64,000 nucleotides of DNA from Terrimicrobiaceae bacterium (GCA_041746635.1 JBGTGQ010000034.1:17309-81308); one strand, 5' to 3'; shown: positions 1 to 10,308, counted from the first letter of the stretch. The notes: generated from the sequence alone by a model not told the origin. Numbers and translations: made by a program.

Positions 1-608
1 TCAAGGGCATGGGTGCCCAAGTCATCGTGACCGAAATTGACCCGGTTTGCGCCCTGCAAGCCGCCATGGCCGGCCATCGCGTAATGCCCATCGAGGACAC
101 TCTCGGCATCGGCGACATCTACGTCACCACCACCGGCAACCGTGACATCATCACCACCGATCACATGGTCAAAATGAAAGACCAGGCCATCGTCTGCAAC
201 ATCGGCCACTTCGACAACGAGATCCAAGTGGACAAGCTCGAAAAAATTGCCGGCATCAAAAAGCTGAACATCAAGCCCCAGGTGGACAAATACACCTTCC
301 CGGCCGGCAACAGCATCTACATGCTGGCCGAAGGACGCCTGGTGAACCTCGGCTGCGCCACCGGTCATCCGAGCTTCGTCATGAGCAACAGCTTCACCAA
401 CCAGACCCTCGCCCAAATCGAACTCTGGGAAACCCGCGCGACCCGTCCCATCGGCGTCACCGTGTTGCCCAAAAAACTTGACGAGGAAGTCGCCCGCCTC
501 CACCTGGAAAAAATCGGAGTCAAACTCACCGTCCTTTCCAAGGCACAAGCCGACTACATCGGCGTGCCAGTGGATGGCCCTTACAAGCCCGACCACTACC
601 GCTACTAA
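1..608 (+). CDS. ahcY: adenosylhomocysteinase, C-terminal part (5' end lies outside the window)
   Basis: ORF 9..608 stays open to the window edge. Blocks [31 protein letters not shown] and the C-terminal KPDHYRY are typical of SAH hydrolase. Confidence 0.95.
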   Translation, partial: KGMGAQVIVTEIDPVCALQAAMAGHRVMPIEDTLGIGDIYVTTTGNRDIITTDHMVKMKDQAIVCNIGHFDNEIQVDKLEKIAGIKKLNIKPQVDKYTFPAGNSIYMLAEGRLVNLGCATGHPSFVMSNSFTNQTLAQIELWETRATRPIGVTVLPKKLDEEVARLHLEKIGVKLTVLSKAQADYIGVPVDGPYKPDHYRY

Positions 609-683
609 GGAAGGACAGAGGGGGCCCGCGGCTCCTCATTCTCAACATCTTCGCCGCCGCAACGCGGCGACCCAGAGAAAAGG

Positions 684-711
684 CCGGACCGAAAGGTCCG
701 GTCTTTTTTTT
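684..711 (+). terminator. Rho-independent terminator downstream of ahcY
   Basis: Stem ccggacc (684-690), loop gaaa, stem ggtccgg (695-701), followed by a run of 8 T. It lies between the convergent ahcY and pheA-like genes. Confidence 0.75.
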
Positions 712-887
712 GCGCGCGCCTACGACGCCATTTACCCTGCAACGCGAAAACCCTTCCATCTCCGGTGTAGCAGGGGCCCATTTGCGCAGCGACCTTGAAC
801 GAGAAGTGGATGAACTGCCGGAACCGGAGATCGTAGGTCGGATTGGCCTGATCGTGCCGAAGGGTGGCGACGAATTTTTCCGAAGTC

Positions 888-1727
888 CTAAGCGGTGGCT
901 GTGGGATAGCTGCCAAGCACCTTGACTGCCCGGCAGCGTTTGGAGAGTTTCTGGTAGAGGTCCACCATCTGTAAATCGCGGGTGTGTCCGTCGGCCTCGA
1001 CAAAAAAGAAGATGTCCTGGCTGCCGCGCGAGGCGGGGCGGCTGGCGAAGTGGCTCAAGTTGATGCTGAGGGTTTTGAAAGGTTCCAACGCGGAAACCAG
1101 CGCGCCCGGTTTGTCCTCGATGCGCAGAATCAGCAGGGTCATGTCGTGACCCGAAGGCGGGTTGGAATTGCGACCGATGACGAAAAATCGGGCGGAGCTT
1201 TGCGCGTCGTCGCTGCCTTCGCTGGACAGGAAAATCTCGGCGCAAACGGAGAGGTGCTCGGTTTCGGCCAGTTGATCGAGGGTCTGGTTGGCCAGGCCGT
1301 AATCCGGATCGTTAATGGGAATTACGCCGCAATCCGCCTTGTCGCTCTTCACTTCGGCCAGCACCTCGGCGACGTCGGCAAAGAAAAGATAACGCACGCT
1401 GGAACCGAATTTGCTTTTGGCCGCCTGATGCGAGGGCGAGCCGGCCGGTCCCAGGCAGGCGATGGCGATGTCTTTTTCCAGAGCCAGCGAGGCCGACATG
1501 ATCTCGCGGTAAATGGCACGGATGGCCTCGGGTGTGAGCGGTCCATCGCTGCGTTCGACCAGGCTGCGCAGCACGCGGTTTTCCCGTTCCGGCGAATAGA
1601 TGGGCAGGCCGTCGCGATTTTTAATCGTGCCAATTTCCTTGGCCACCGTGGCCCGTTCGTTGAGCAGGCGCAGGAGTTCGGTATCGATGGCGTCAATTTT
1701 GGCGCGCAGGGGATCGAGGTCACTCAT
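888..1727 (-). CDS. pheA: chorismate mutase fused to a shortened prephenate-dehydratase/ACT module (PheA-like)
   Basis: N-terminal AroQ chorismate-mutase-like helices (IDAIDTELLRLLNERA). Followed by LGPAGSPSHQAA (PDT N-terminal motif) and an ACT-like end (LLILRIEDKPGALVSALEPF...ASRP). The PDT core is about 80 aa shorter than usual. Confidence 0.8.
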   Translation of the reverse strand: MSDLDPLRAKIDAIDTELLRLLNERATVAKEIGTIKNRDGLPIYSPERENRVLRSLVERSDGPLTPEAIRAIYREIMSASLALEKDIAIACLGPAGSPSHQAAKSKFGSSVRYLFFADVAEVLAEVKSDKADCGVIPINDPDYGLANQTLDQLAETEHLSVCAEIFLSSEGSDDAQSSARFFVIGRNSNPPSGHDMTLLILRIEDKPGALVSALEPFKTLSINLSHFASRPASRGSQDIFFFVEADGHTRDLQMVDLYQKLSKRCRAVKVLGSYPTATA

Positions 1728-1743
1728 GGCAGATGGTCAATCG

Positions 1744-2712
1744 TCACTGGTCAGTAGTCAATGGCTGGTCGGAAGCATTCGACTCCGCGGACTCCGGACT
1801 TTCCCCTTCATGGACGGGGACCCCCGGTTCCACGGGTGCTTCTTCTGCGACAGGAACAGGGGCTTCCGCTTCTGCGGGCCCCTCCTCCACAGCGGGCTCG
1901 GGGATTTCGGGTTGCGGCGGCGGTTCCTCCACCGACACCTCGGCTTTGGGCAGGTTGATTTTGCGAAGTTCGGTGGCGTTGGGCAGATCGTCGAGATCCT
2001 TCAAGCCAAAGTGTTCCATGAAATTTTGCGTCGTCTCGTAAAGCAGCGGCCGGCCGGGGATCTCGGCACGGCCGGCGATTTTGACCAGACCGCGGTCAAG
2101 GAGTGTTTGCATCACGCCGTCCACGGCCACGCCGCGCACGGCCTCGATGTCCGCGCGGGTGATGGGCTGGCGGTAGGCGATGATGGCCAGGGTTTCCAGC
2201 GCAGGGGCGCTGATGCGGGAGGGACGATTTTCGGGGTAGAGCTGACGGAGCCAGGGGGAATACTCGGGTTTGGTCACAAGTTGCCAGCCAGCGGCATTCT
2301 CACGCAGGTCATAGACATGCGACGGGTCGGCGCAGTCCGTCTCGATTTCCTCAATGGCGGCCTGGATGGCGGGCTCCTTCACCTTGGCAAAGGCGGCAAG
2401 GACGAGGTTTTCCTTGTCGGCGTCCGCGGCACCCTTGAGGACGGCGATGAGTTCCTTGGCCGAAACGGCTTTTTGCGAGGCAAACAGGATGGCCTCGATT
2501 ATCATCTTCAGCGGTTGGCCGGAATCATTGCTCTCACTTTCCGCTGGCGGGATGAAATCCTCCACGGCAATGGAAATCTGCTCCTCCGGCCCGGGAGAGG
2601 CGGACTCCTCCACGACCCGCGCGACGGCGTCGTCATTCTGCTCCACAACATCGGTCACCGCCTCTTCACTGACGGGTTCGGCGGAATTTTTTGGTGATTT
2701 CTTTTTGCTCAT
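1744..2712 (-). CDS. scpB: segregation and condensation protein B with acidic/Pro-rich N- and C-terminal extensions
   Basis: Core IIEAILFAS...LETLAIIAYRQPITRADIEAVRGV...LLDRGLV matches the ScpB winged-helix pair. ATGA overlap with scpA at 2709-2712. Confidence 0.85.
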   Translation of the reverse strand: MSKKKSPKNSAEPVSEEAVTDVVEQNDDAVARVVEESASPGPEEQISIAVEDFIPPAESESNDSGQPLKMIIEAILFASQKAVSAKELIAVLKGAADADKENLVLAAFAKVKEPAIQAAIEEIETDCADPSHVYDLRENAAGWQLVTKPEYSPWLRQLYPENRPSRISAPALETLAIIAYRQPITRADIEAVRGVAVDGVMQTLLDRGLVKIAGRAEIPGRPLLYETTQNFMEHFGLKDLDDLPNATELRKINLPKAEVSVEEPPPQPEIPEPAVEEGPAEAEAPVPVAEEAPVEPGVPVHEGESPESAESNASDQPLTTDQ

Positions 2713-3470
2713 GCCACCACTTCCTCCTCCCGTGGAGTCGCAGCGGCAGCGGTGCGTTCGATCCAGATTTCGTCGAAATGGGTCTCCTGGCGGACGCGAA
2801 GTTGTTTCAGACGGATGAGTTCAAGCATGGCAAGAAAAGTGACGACGATTTCAGTTCGGCTGGCGGCCTGGGCGAAGCATTCCTCGAAGCGCATCGAGAC
2901 GTTGCCCGCAGTGACCCGCAACAAGTAGTCGATCTTATCGGAAACGGTGAAGTTTTCCTCAAATATTTCCCGCAAATCTTCGGGTTTGTTTTTCTCCAGC
3001 CGCTTGAGGATTTTCTGGAAGGCATTGATGAGGTCGAAAATGCCTACCTCGCCGACGAGCAGGGTGTCGGCGGCGGGCAGGTCGGGCACGACCGGAAAAC
3101 GCGGGAAAAGCTGTTCCTGCAAGGCCTGGCGGCTGCGGAGTTGGTTGGCGGCCTCCTTGAATTTTTTGTACTCGATGAGCTGGCGGATCAGCTCCCAGCG
3201 CGGATCATCGTCCTCGGCGTCCTCCTCGGCCATCTGCTGGTCGCGGGGCAGGAGGGTGCGGCTCTTGATATAAAGCAAGTTCGCGGCCATGACGATGAAC
3301 TCGCCCGCGAGGTCAATGTTGAGAACCTGAAAGGCCGCCATGTATTCGAGGTATTGCTTCGTGATGCGCTCAATCGAAATCTCGTAGATGTCCACCTCAT
3401 CACGCTTGATGAGGTAGAGCAGGAGATCGAGCGGTCCTTCAAAGACCTCGAGTTTGACCTTGTAATCCAC
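2709..3470 (-). CDS. scpA: segregation and condensation protein A
   Basis: N-terminus FEGPLDLLLYLIKRDEVDIYEISI is the canonical ScpA signature. Lies directly upstream of scpB. Confidence 0.9.
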   Translation of the reverse strand: MDYKVKLEVFEGPLDLLLYLIKRDEVDIYEISIERITKQYLEYMAAFQVLNIDLAGEFIVMAANLLYIKSRTLLPRDQQMAEEDAEDDDPRWELIRQLIEYKKFKEAANQLRSRQALQEQLFPRFPVVPDLPAADTLLVGEVGIFDLINAFQKILKRLEKNKPEDLREIFEENFTVSDKIDYLLRVTAGNVSMRFEECFAQAASRTEIVVTFLAMLELIRLKQLRVRQETHFDEIWIERTAAAATPREEEVVA

Positions 3471-3484
3471 CAGCCCTGATTTCC

Positions 3485-3838
3485 CTAGCGGTGCGTGTAG
3501 CCCCGCTTGCGCCCCTCGCTGGCCAGACGCGTCACATGTTTTTTGTGGCTGGCGAGCTTGGTTTTGCGTTTGCGGAGTTGCTGGGAAAGTTTGGCCACCA
3601 CCTTGTCAATCGCCGCGTAGAGATCGTCCTCCGCGTCCTCGGCGTGGATGTCGGGGCCCGGAACAGCCAGGTGCACCTTGACCGTATGCTTCTTGGTCTT
3701 GGTCTCGTCGTGCAGCAGAACAACATGGGCAGCCAGGATCTCGTCGGTAATTTGCTCCAGGTGAGCAATTTTTTCCGCAACAAAGGAGTGGATCGCGGCG
3801 GTGAGGGTGAGATGGCGGGGGCTGAGGTGGATTTGCAT
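3485..3838 (-). CDS. hpf: ribosome hibernation promoting factor (short HPF/RaiA type)
   Basis: 117 aa. Has the HPF/sigma-54 modulation protein pattern (MQIHLSPRHLTLTAAIHSFVAEKI...DLYAAIDKVVAKLSQQLRK) and a basic tail. Confidence 0.85.
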   Translation of the reverse strand: MQIHLSPRHLTLTAAIHSFVAEKIAHLEQITDEILAAHVVLLHDETKTKKHTVKVHLAVPGPDIHAEDAEDDLYAAIDKVVAKLSQQLRKRKTKLASHKKHVTRLASEGRKRGYTHR

Positions 3839-3897
3839 AAAATAAGATAGTCGAATGGGAGACCCTTCGCGAGGGGAAGAACTCCCTAGGGGAAAAA

Positions 3898-4668
3898 TTA
3901 CCTGCGCCGGGGAATGATGGCTAGGTAATTTCGCACCGGCCCGTAAGCGGGAATGTCGATCACGGGTTTATCCCCGACCAAGGCCACAAGCATGGTCGAG
4001 GAACCGCCGTCCAGATTGAGAGCGTTTCGCGCCGTCCAACCGCTGAGGAGACCGGGGGCGAGAAGCAAATCCGCCGTCTCCGCCAAAGTGGCCGGAGACG
4101 TCGTCACGAGCGCCCAATTCCCTTTTCCGTCGCCCGCCACCAGCGTGCGGCGGGCCAACCGCACCGCATTGAGGCCGGGAATGGCTTCCCTGTTTTCCAC
4201 CAGCCACGGACCGGCCTGCAACGCTTCCCGCACGTCCGATCCCGGCTTGAAAGCTCCCGCGCGAACGAGTTCGATACGCTGGCCGCGCACGACCAAAATG
4301 CCACTGAGAAGCTTGGCCCGCTCGAAACCATGGAGGCTTTTTCCTCCCGTGATGACCAGTCCCAGCGGGGTGAAATCCGGATGAAAATATCCCCCGTTGA
4401 CCCCCGCAACCGCCCCACTCTCCCGCAAGACGGTGAGGAGGGGTTTGCGAGCCGAGGGATCGTTCTCCATCACGCGAAAAACACCCTCCTTCTCGTGGAA
4501 CGAAACTCCCCAGACACGAACCGTCCGGTCGCCCAGCGTCGCCGTGCTTTCCCAAGCCACCGCATTGCCCGCGAGCGCGCCAAGTTTCGTGAGTTTTCCC
4601 GCGGTCCAACCTGCCTCAACCCGGACCAGGACGACCAGGGCAAGGAAAGCGGTCAGGAGAATTCGCAT
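3898..4668 (-). CDS. secreted phosphodiester glycosidase family protein (DUF2233-like)
   Basis: Signal-peptide-like N-terminus. GVNGGYF and LNLDGGSSTML blocks are typical of the NAGPA/DUF2233 family. Confidence 0.65.
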   Translation of the reverse strand: MRILLTAFLALVVLVRVEAGWTAGKLTKLGALAGNAVAWESTATLGDRTVRVWGVSFHEKEGVFRVMENDPSARKPLLTVLRESGAVAGVNGGYFHPDFTPLGLVITGGKSLHGFERAKLLSGILVVRGQRIELVRAGAFKPGSDVREALQAGPWLVENREAIPGLNAVRLARRTLVAGDGKGNWALVTTSPATLAETADLLLAPGLLSGWTARNALNLDGGSSTMLVALVGDKPVIDIPAYGPVRNYLAIIPRRR

Positions 4669-4760
4669 GGCACTTGATGAAATGGGTTGCTCTCCCTACC
4701 GCAAGGGAAATCGCTGCAATCCAAACATGGAAAATCTTCCAAGCTGATCTATAAACGTCC

Positions 4761-5672
4761 ATGCCCCCGGCTGAAGACACCGACCTTTTCGACGCGGACT
4801 TCCTAGCCCGGCTGGAGCGGGTGCGTTTGCAGGTGCGACGGATTTTTGCCGGATCGCGGCGGGCGGAGCGGCGGTCGCGGCGCACGGGGGCAAGTTTGGA
4901 ATTTGCCGATTATCGCAACTATGTGTCGGGGGACGACCCGCGGCGGATTGATTGGAACATCTACGGGCGCATCGAACGCCTGATGATGAAACTGACCGAG
5001 GAGGAGGAAGACCTCGATGTGGCTATCCTGGTGGATTGCAGTGCGTCCATGCGCTGGCGGCCGGCACCGGCACAGGGGGCCTCGAAGTTGGCTTTGGCCC
5101 GGCAGTTGGCCGCGGCGCTGGCTTATTTGTCCCTGCACAATATGGACCGCGTGGGGTTGTGGTATTTCGATGCGACCTTGAAAGGCGAGAGCGGCTACCA
5201 GCGCGGGCGGGCGGCTTTTCACGACGCGCTGCGTTTTCTGCGGGCGGTGCCGGAGCAAGGCGGGACTACAAACCTGGCCGCGAGTCTGGGGCGGTTCGGA
5301 CGCAGACAACGGCGGCGAGGGCTGGCGCTGGTGTTAAGCGATTGTCTGGATCCCGCGGGTTTTGCCGACGGACTGGCGGCGGTGACGGGGCGGCATTTCG
5401 CCCTGCATTTGCTGCACGTGATGGACCCGGCGGAATGCGATCCGACAGCCAGCGGCGACCTGCTGCTGAGGGATTGCGAAGGCGCGGGCGAATTGGCGGT
5501 GACGGCGGGGCCGGGGATGTTAAATCTGTATCGCGAGGAGGTGAGGACGTTTCGGGAAAGCGTCAAATCCTGGTGTGCGAAACGCGGCGCGGGATATTCC
5601 TTCATTCTGGCGGATACGGCTTTTGACGAAGTGGTGCTGCGGATGTTCCGCCGGGATGGGCTTGTGCGATGA
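4761..5672 (+). CDS. DUF58 domain protein (MoxR/Bat-type aerotolerance operon component)
   Basis: GASLEFADYRNYVSGDDPRRIDWNIYGR followed by a VWA-like ILVDCSASM block, which is the classical DUF58 signature. Confidence 0.8.
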   Translation: MPPAEDTDLFDADFLARLERVRLQVRRIFAGSRRAERRSRRTGASLEFADYRNYVSGDDPRRIDWNIYGRIERLMMKLTEEEEDLDVAILVDCSASMRWRPAPAQGASKLALARQLAAALAYLSLHNMDRVGLWYFDATLKGESGYQRGRAAFHDALRFLRAVPEQGGTTNLAASLGRFGRRQRRRGLALVLSDCLDPAGFADGLAAVTGRHFALHLLHVMDPAECDPTASGDLLLRDCEGAGELAVTAGPGMLNLYREEVRTFRESVKSWCAKRGAGYSFILADTAFDEVVLRMFRRDGLVR

Positions 5673-5748
5673 AAGCGGTTGAGCGGATCACCTCGTCCAT
5701 TCCTTTGTCTTCCTCTCAACCCTCAACCTTCAACCCTCAACCTCCCCG

Positions 5749-7566
5749 ATGAGTTTTCTTTTTCCCGCCACGCTTTTTCTCGGCCTGGTCGCGCCGGTGG
5801 TTGTGGCCTTGTATCTGCACCGGCCCCGCCGGAGGGAACAAGAAGTTTCCTCGCTGCAATTTTGGCAAAAGGTTCTGGACCGTCAGCCCAACCGCCAATT
5901 TCTCGGTCGCCTGCGCAATCCGTTTTCCCTGCTGCTGCAATTGCTGATTTTTCTTCTCCTGCTCCTCGCCTTGGCACGCCCCGAGGCGAGTCGTCCGCCG
6001 GGCGGACGGAGCACGGTTGTGGTGCTGGATGCACGGGCGCGGATGCAGGCGGAGGAAGGCGGCATTTTTCGCGCGGCGGTCAACGCGGCGCAGGGGGTTG
6101 TCGGCCAAGCGGGTCCCGAGAACGAAATCGCCCTCCTCACCGCGGAGGGATCGTCGCGAATCGTCTCGCCGTTTTCGACCGATGGAAAAGATTTGCGCGG
6201 CAGGCTGGACGCGCTGGCCCCGTCCGATGCCGGCGGGGGCATGGAGGCCACGCTGGCTTTGGGCCGCCGGTTGCTGGCGGGAAAAGCGGGGGACAAGCGA
6301 TTAATCGTGATCACCGACCGGCCGCTGCCGGAGTTGTCCGATCTGGAGCAGATTCTGGTGGGTAAACCCGGCGACAATGCCGCGATTCTCGCCCTGGCGC
6401 AACGGGCGCTGCCGGCCAGCCCGCAATCGGCGGTGGTCTTTGCCAAGCTGGGAAATTTTTCCACTGCATCGCGGGATTTGGAGCTGGAGCTGGCACTGGA
6501 TGGACGTCCCTTTGACCTGCGGAAATTCCGGGTCGCCGGTGGGGGCGAGGCGGATTTTTCCACCGTGATTCCCGGGGAAATGTTGCGCAACGGCAGGGGA
6601 TTTCTCACCGCCCGGCTGGTTTCCTCCGACCTCCTCTCAGCGGATGACACCGCCCGCGTCGCGCTTGCCACCGGGCAAACTTTGCGCGTCCTGCTCATCA
6701 GCGACGGAAACCCTTTTTTAGAAGGGGCCTTGAAGGCCGATTCCGCCCTGGCGGTGGAAATCCTGCAACCCACGGCCTGGCGCGCGGGGATGGGAGAAAA
6801 TTTTGACGCCGTAATTTTTGATCAGTGGGTGCCGGAAAACTTCCCGGCCGAGCGCGGCGCATTTTTCTTCTTCGGACGCTCGCCCTTTGATGCCGGCGGA
6901 GAAAAACTGCCGGTGCTCGAGCTGGAAGTGACGGAACCGCAGAGTCCGCTTTTCTGGAATGTGGATGTGGCCGCCATCCGCTTCGGACCGGCGGGAAAAT
7001 TTTTCATCCCCGAAGGCTGGCGCATCTCGCGGCCCCTCGAAAGTGCGGGTGAACCCCTCGTGCTGGCGCTGGAAAAACCGGACGGCTCGCGGGTCGTGAC
7101 CACGGCATTCGACACGGGTTCCACGAATTTTCCGCTACGCGCCGGGTTTCCCTTGTTCGTCAGCAATGTGGTGCATTGGCTGGCGGGGCACGATCGGGCC
7201 GGGGAAGATGGGGTTTTAGCGGGACAGACGTTTGTCCCGGCGGAGGGAGAAAAAATTTCCCGTCACCCGCTATCAGGTGAGGAAACAGAGAGACCGGCGG
7301 ACGAAGCTCCGTCGCTGACAGAGGCGCCGCTCCGGCTGAAAAAAAATGGATTCTACGAAGTGCGGGACCCGCAGGGTTCACGCTGGATCGGAGTCAATAC
7401 AGCCAGCCGGGAAGAATCCGATCTGCGCAACGCGCAGGCAAACCGGAATTTGCCATTTTTGCGAAGCGGCTGGATCATCCTGCATCCTTGGCAATGGCTG
7501 GCGCTCGCCGGCCTTACGCTGACCCTCATCGAATGGCTCTTGCACCACCGACGGGTGACGGAATAG
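5749..7566 (+). CDS. BatA-like membrane protein (N-terminal double-transmembrane domain, VWA-like region, C-terminal TM)
   Basis: MSFLFPATLFLGLVAPVVVALYLHRPRR...LQFWQ matches the Bat N-terminal double-TM motif. 605 aa with a C-terminal hydrophobic helix. Directly follows the DUF58 gene. Confidence 0.7.
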   Translation: MSFLFPATLFLGLVAPVVVALYLHRPRRREQEVSSLQFWQKVLDRQPNRQFLGRLRNPFSLLLQLLIFLLLLLALARPEASRPPGGRSTVVVLDARARMQAEEGGIFRAAVNAAQGVVGQAGPENEIALLTAEGSSRIVSPFSTDGKDLRGRLDALAPSDAGGGMEATLALGRRLLAGKAGDKRLIVITDRPLPELSDLEQILVGKPGDNAAILALAQRALPASPQSAVVFAKLGNFSTASRDLELELALDGRPFDLRKFRVAGGGEADFSTVIPGEMLRNGRGFLTARLVSSDLLSADDTARVALATGQTLRVLLISDGNPFLEGALKADSALAVEILQPTAWRAGMGENFDAVIFDQWVPENFPAERGAFFFFGRSPFDAGGEKLPVLELEVTEPQSPLFWNVDVAAIRFGPAGKFFIPEGWRISRPLESAGEPLVLALEKPDGSRVVTTAFDTGSTNFPLRAGFPLFVSNVVHWLAGHDRAGEDGVLAGQTFVPAEGEKISRHPLSGEETERPADEAPSLTEAPLRLKKNGFYEVRDPQGSRWIGVNTASREESDLRNAQANRNLPFLRSGWIILHPWQWLALAGLTLTLIEWLLHHRRVTE

Positions 7567-7577
7567 GCGGCTAAAAC

Positions 7578-8090
7578 CTAAAAGCGGAACTTCGGCTTTT
7601 CCGGCGGAGGAGTCGGAGCCGTGGTGGCGGCAGGAACCTCTTCGGGAGCGATATTCAGATCAGGCGGCGGAACATTGCGATCGGGCAGGGGCGTGTCGTT
7701 CACTTGCTCGCCCCGATAGCGCGGGGCGGATGCACCGCGCTTCTTGTTTCCCGATCTCGCGCCCGTGTCAGCGGAGGCCAGGGATTCGCGGGGTTCCGGC
7801 GGACGAGGCGGGGCCACGGCCATGTAATCGTTGGCCACATAACCAGTGCGATCATCTTCCAATTGAACCCGGCTGTAGCCCATGTCCTGACTGAGCAGCT
7901 TAACCCGCGTTTGCGCGGGAAGCGAGGCATTGGGTCCGTTCCGCTGCATGGGACCGAAGCGATAGAAGGGCGTGTAATTGCGAATGATCATATACTCCGG
8001 AGCCTGATCCGGGGCAAACGTCTTGGGGGTCGCGCAGGACGTAAATGCACTGGCGATGCCCAAGGCAAGAATTGTTCGGAGTCCGATCAT
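7578..8090 (-). CDS. lipoprotein with SH3-like domain and Pro-rich tail; last gene of the glycan locus
   Basis: Lipobox-like LGIASAFTSC. The RVKLLSQDMGYSRVQLEDDRTGYVANDYM block resembles bacterial SH3. ATGA overlap (8087-8090) with the upstream GT4 gene. Confidence 0.6.
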   Translation of the reverse strand: MIGLRTILALGIASAFTSCATPKTFAPDQAPEYMIIRNYTPFYRFGPMQRNGPNASLPAQTRVKLLSQDMGYSRVQLEDDRTGYVANDYMAVAPPRPPEPRESLASADTGARSGNKKRGASAPRYRGEQVNDTPLPDRNVPPPDLNIAPEEVPAATTAPTPPPEKPKFRF

Positions 8091-9226
8091 CGAGGAGACG
8101 TTTTATCAGCGGGCGCACCATGCGCAATAGCGAGCTCTTCTCGATACACCGCTTCGACTTGGCCGATGGTGTGCGAGGCCGCATAGGCAACCTCGACCTT
8201 GCGCCGGGCAGCGTGGCCAAGCCGCTGGCGCAATTCGCTGGAACCGGTCAGCCGCGTCAAGTGTTGCGAGAAGGCCGTGAGGTCGCCCGCCCGAGCGAGC
8301 AACCCTTCCTTTTCGTCGGTCAGGGCCGACGCAATACCTTCTAGGCGCGAAGACAAAACCGGCACTCCCGAAGCCATCGCTTCCAACACGGCCATGGGTA
8401 ATCCTTCGTAAAGGGAGGGGAGAAGGAAAACATCCAGCGCCCGGTAAAAATCGGGGCGTTCAGAAATTGCTCCCAAAAAGCGAACCCGTTCCGCCACACC
8501 CAGACGCACCGTCTGGGCCAGAAGGGCCTCTTTTTCCGGGCCGGAACCGGCCACGACAAAATGAAGGTCCGGATGCCGCTTGGCCAGCTCGGGCACCAGG
8601 GCGAAATTTTTTTCCGGGGCCAGTCGGCCTATGCCACCGGCCACAAAAGCATCATGCTGGATGCCCCAGCGCTGCCGCGCGGCGATTTTTTCCGCCGCCG
8701 TGCCGGGACGAAAATCCGCGACATTGACGCCGTTGGCGATCACCTGAATGCGATCGCGAGGCACCGCTTCCCAACGAATGAGAAAATCCCGAACGCCTTC
8801 CGAGACGGCAATGACCCGCGAGGAAAAAAGGTGCGAAAACGCATCCGGTGCCAGCGAGGCCACGCCGCGGAATTTCAAATCGCCGCTGGTGTGGTCGTGC
8901 GCGATCCGGATCTCCTGTCCGGCCAGGGCGGCGAGTGGCTTTGCCAGCCAGTTCGCCGCCTGCAAATGAAAGTGCAGCACTTGGAAATTTCCCCGGCGAA
9001 GCAGCGCGAGAAGGCCCGGGATGTAAGCCGGAGGCCATTTTGTGGGTGAAAGAACATGCACCCGCAGCCCAATTTTTTCCAGTTCATCGGCGAAAGGCCC
9101 GCGTCCGTGCATGACCGCAACCTCAACGTCAAAATCCGCCTGATTGCGCATCTTCAACATGTCGAGAAGCGCGGTTTGCGCCCCGCCCAGACCCAGGTGA
9201 TCAATGACGTGCAGAACGCGGATCAT
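8087..9226 (-). CDS. glycosyltransferase family 4 (GT-B)
   Basis: N-terminus [18 protein letters not shown]-terminal E-x7-E block LLPSLYEGLPMAVLEAMASGVPVL. Confidence 0.85.
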   Translation of the reverse strand: MIRVLHVIDHLGLGGAQTALLDMLKMRNQADFDVEVAVMHGRGPFADELEKIGLRVHVLSPTKWPPAYIPGLLALLRRGNFQVLHFHLQAANWLAKPLAALAGQEIRIAHDHTSGDLKFRGVASLAPDAFSHLFSSRVIAVSEGVRDFLIRWEAVPRDRIQVIANGVNVADFRPGTAAEKIAARQRWGIQHDAFVAGGIGRLAPEKNFALVPELAKRHPDLHFVVAGSGPEKEALLAQTVRLGVAERVRFLGAISERPDFYRALDVFLLPSLYEGLPMAVLEAMASGVPVLSSRLEGIASALTDEKEGLLARAGDLTAFSQHLTRLTGSSELRQRLGHAARRKVEVAYAASHTIGQVEAVYREELAIAHGAPADKTSPR

Positions 9227-10308
9227 GACGGTAGGGCGGCCAGGAACGCCTGCAAGTTGGCCGTGTTATTGTGCCATTCGCGGACAAAGCGCGCGCATTC
9301 GTCTTGGGCGGCGCGGAGTGCAGGGGGATTTTCCAACAACTGTTTCGCCTGCTGAACCAACCGGTCAAAATTGCCGTCGGCACAAATCCCCGCGCCAAAC
9401 TGTTGAAACATTCCATCGGGATCCACCGCAAGAGAAAGAATGGCCGCATGTCCCAGACCGGAGTGGATAAAGGTATTCGGCACACCTTCGCGGTCCGATG
9501 TGTTGACGAAAATCGCCGCAGCGTCGAAGTGCCGTTGAATCTCCCGATAGGGCGCGGTTTCGAGAAACTCGACATGGGCCATCGCTTCGGCCCGGCGGCT
9601 CACTTCCTTCCACAACGCTTCGTCCTGTACGGAGCAAATCATGCGGCAGCGGGCCTTGGGGAAGCGTTCGGCCAGATCGAGGAAAAGATGAGGCCGTTTC
9701 ACGGAGTTGCAGCGGGCGACCCAGAGCAAATCAACCGGTTTGTCGGTTCCTTGATAAAACGTCGGCTTTTGCAAAAGCAGACGCGTCACCGCACAGGACA
9801 TGCCTTTTTTCCGGAAGAGCCGGGCCTGGTGTTCGGTGATTCCCAGCCGGGCGTCGGAAAGACGCATCCCTCGCTCGAACAAAAACCCGCGAACCGGATT
9901 GTCTTCGCGAAAACCGCCATCGATTTCCGCGTCGAGGGCGCAGACAAAGACAAGCCGAAACGGAATGAGCGCACGCAAATGACACAGCACGTACAGCCAC
10001 GCGGTCCAGCCATAAACCACCACGAAATCCGGACGCTCTTCGCGGAGAATCCCGAGAATTCTTGGCAGAGCCGCCACGCTATCCGCCGCCCCGCCGGTGT
10101 CGAAACGTTTTCCCGTGCGGATCGTGATGCCTTCCCAAACGACTCCATCCTGCAGACCGGTATCGGCCGCCAAAATTGTCGCCTGATGGCCCTGCCCGAC
10201 CAACTCACGCGCCAGAAGCGCCACCTGCAACTCCGCGCCGCCGGAGGCGCGCTGCGAGGAGGGATCAAGGGCCAGATGGGCGTGACCGGAAAGAAAAAGA
10301 AATTTCAC
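9223..10308 (-). CDS. glycosyltransferase family 4 (GT-B)
   Basis: [12 protein letters not shown]...GGAELQV N-terminus. C-terminal [29 protein letters not shown] overlap with the upstream gene (GTG start). Confidence 0.75.
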   Translation of the reverse strand: MKFLFLSGHAHLALDPSSQRASGGAELQVALLARELVGQGHQATILAADTGLQDGVVWEGITIRTGKRFDTGGAADSVAALPRILGILREERPDFVVVYGWTAWLYVLCHLRALIPFRLVFVCALDAEIDGGFREDNPVRGFLFERGMRLSDARLGITEHQARLFRKKGMSCAVTRLLLQKPTFYQGTDKPVDLLWVARCNSVKRPHLFLDLAERFPKARCRMICSVQDEALWKEVSRRAEAMAHVEFLETAPYREIQRHFDAAAIFVNTSDREGVPNTFIHSGLGHAAILSLAVDPDGMFQQFGAGICADGNFDRLVQQAKQLLENPPALRAAQDECARFVREWHNNTANLQAFLAALPS

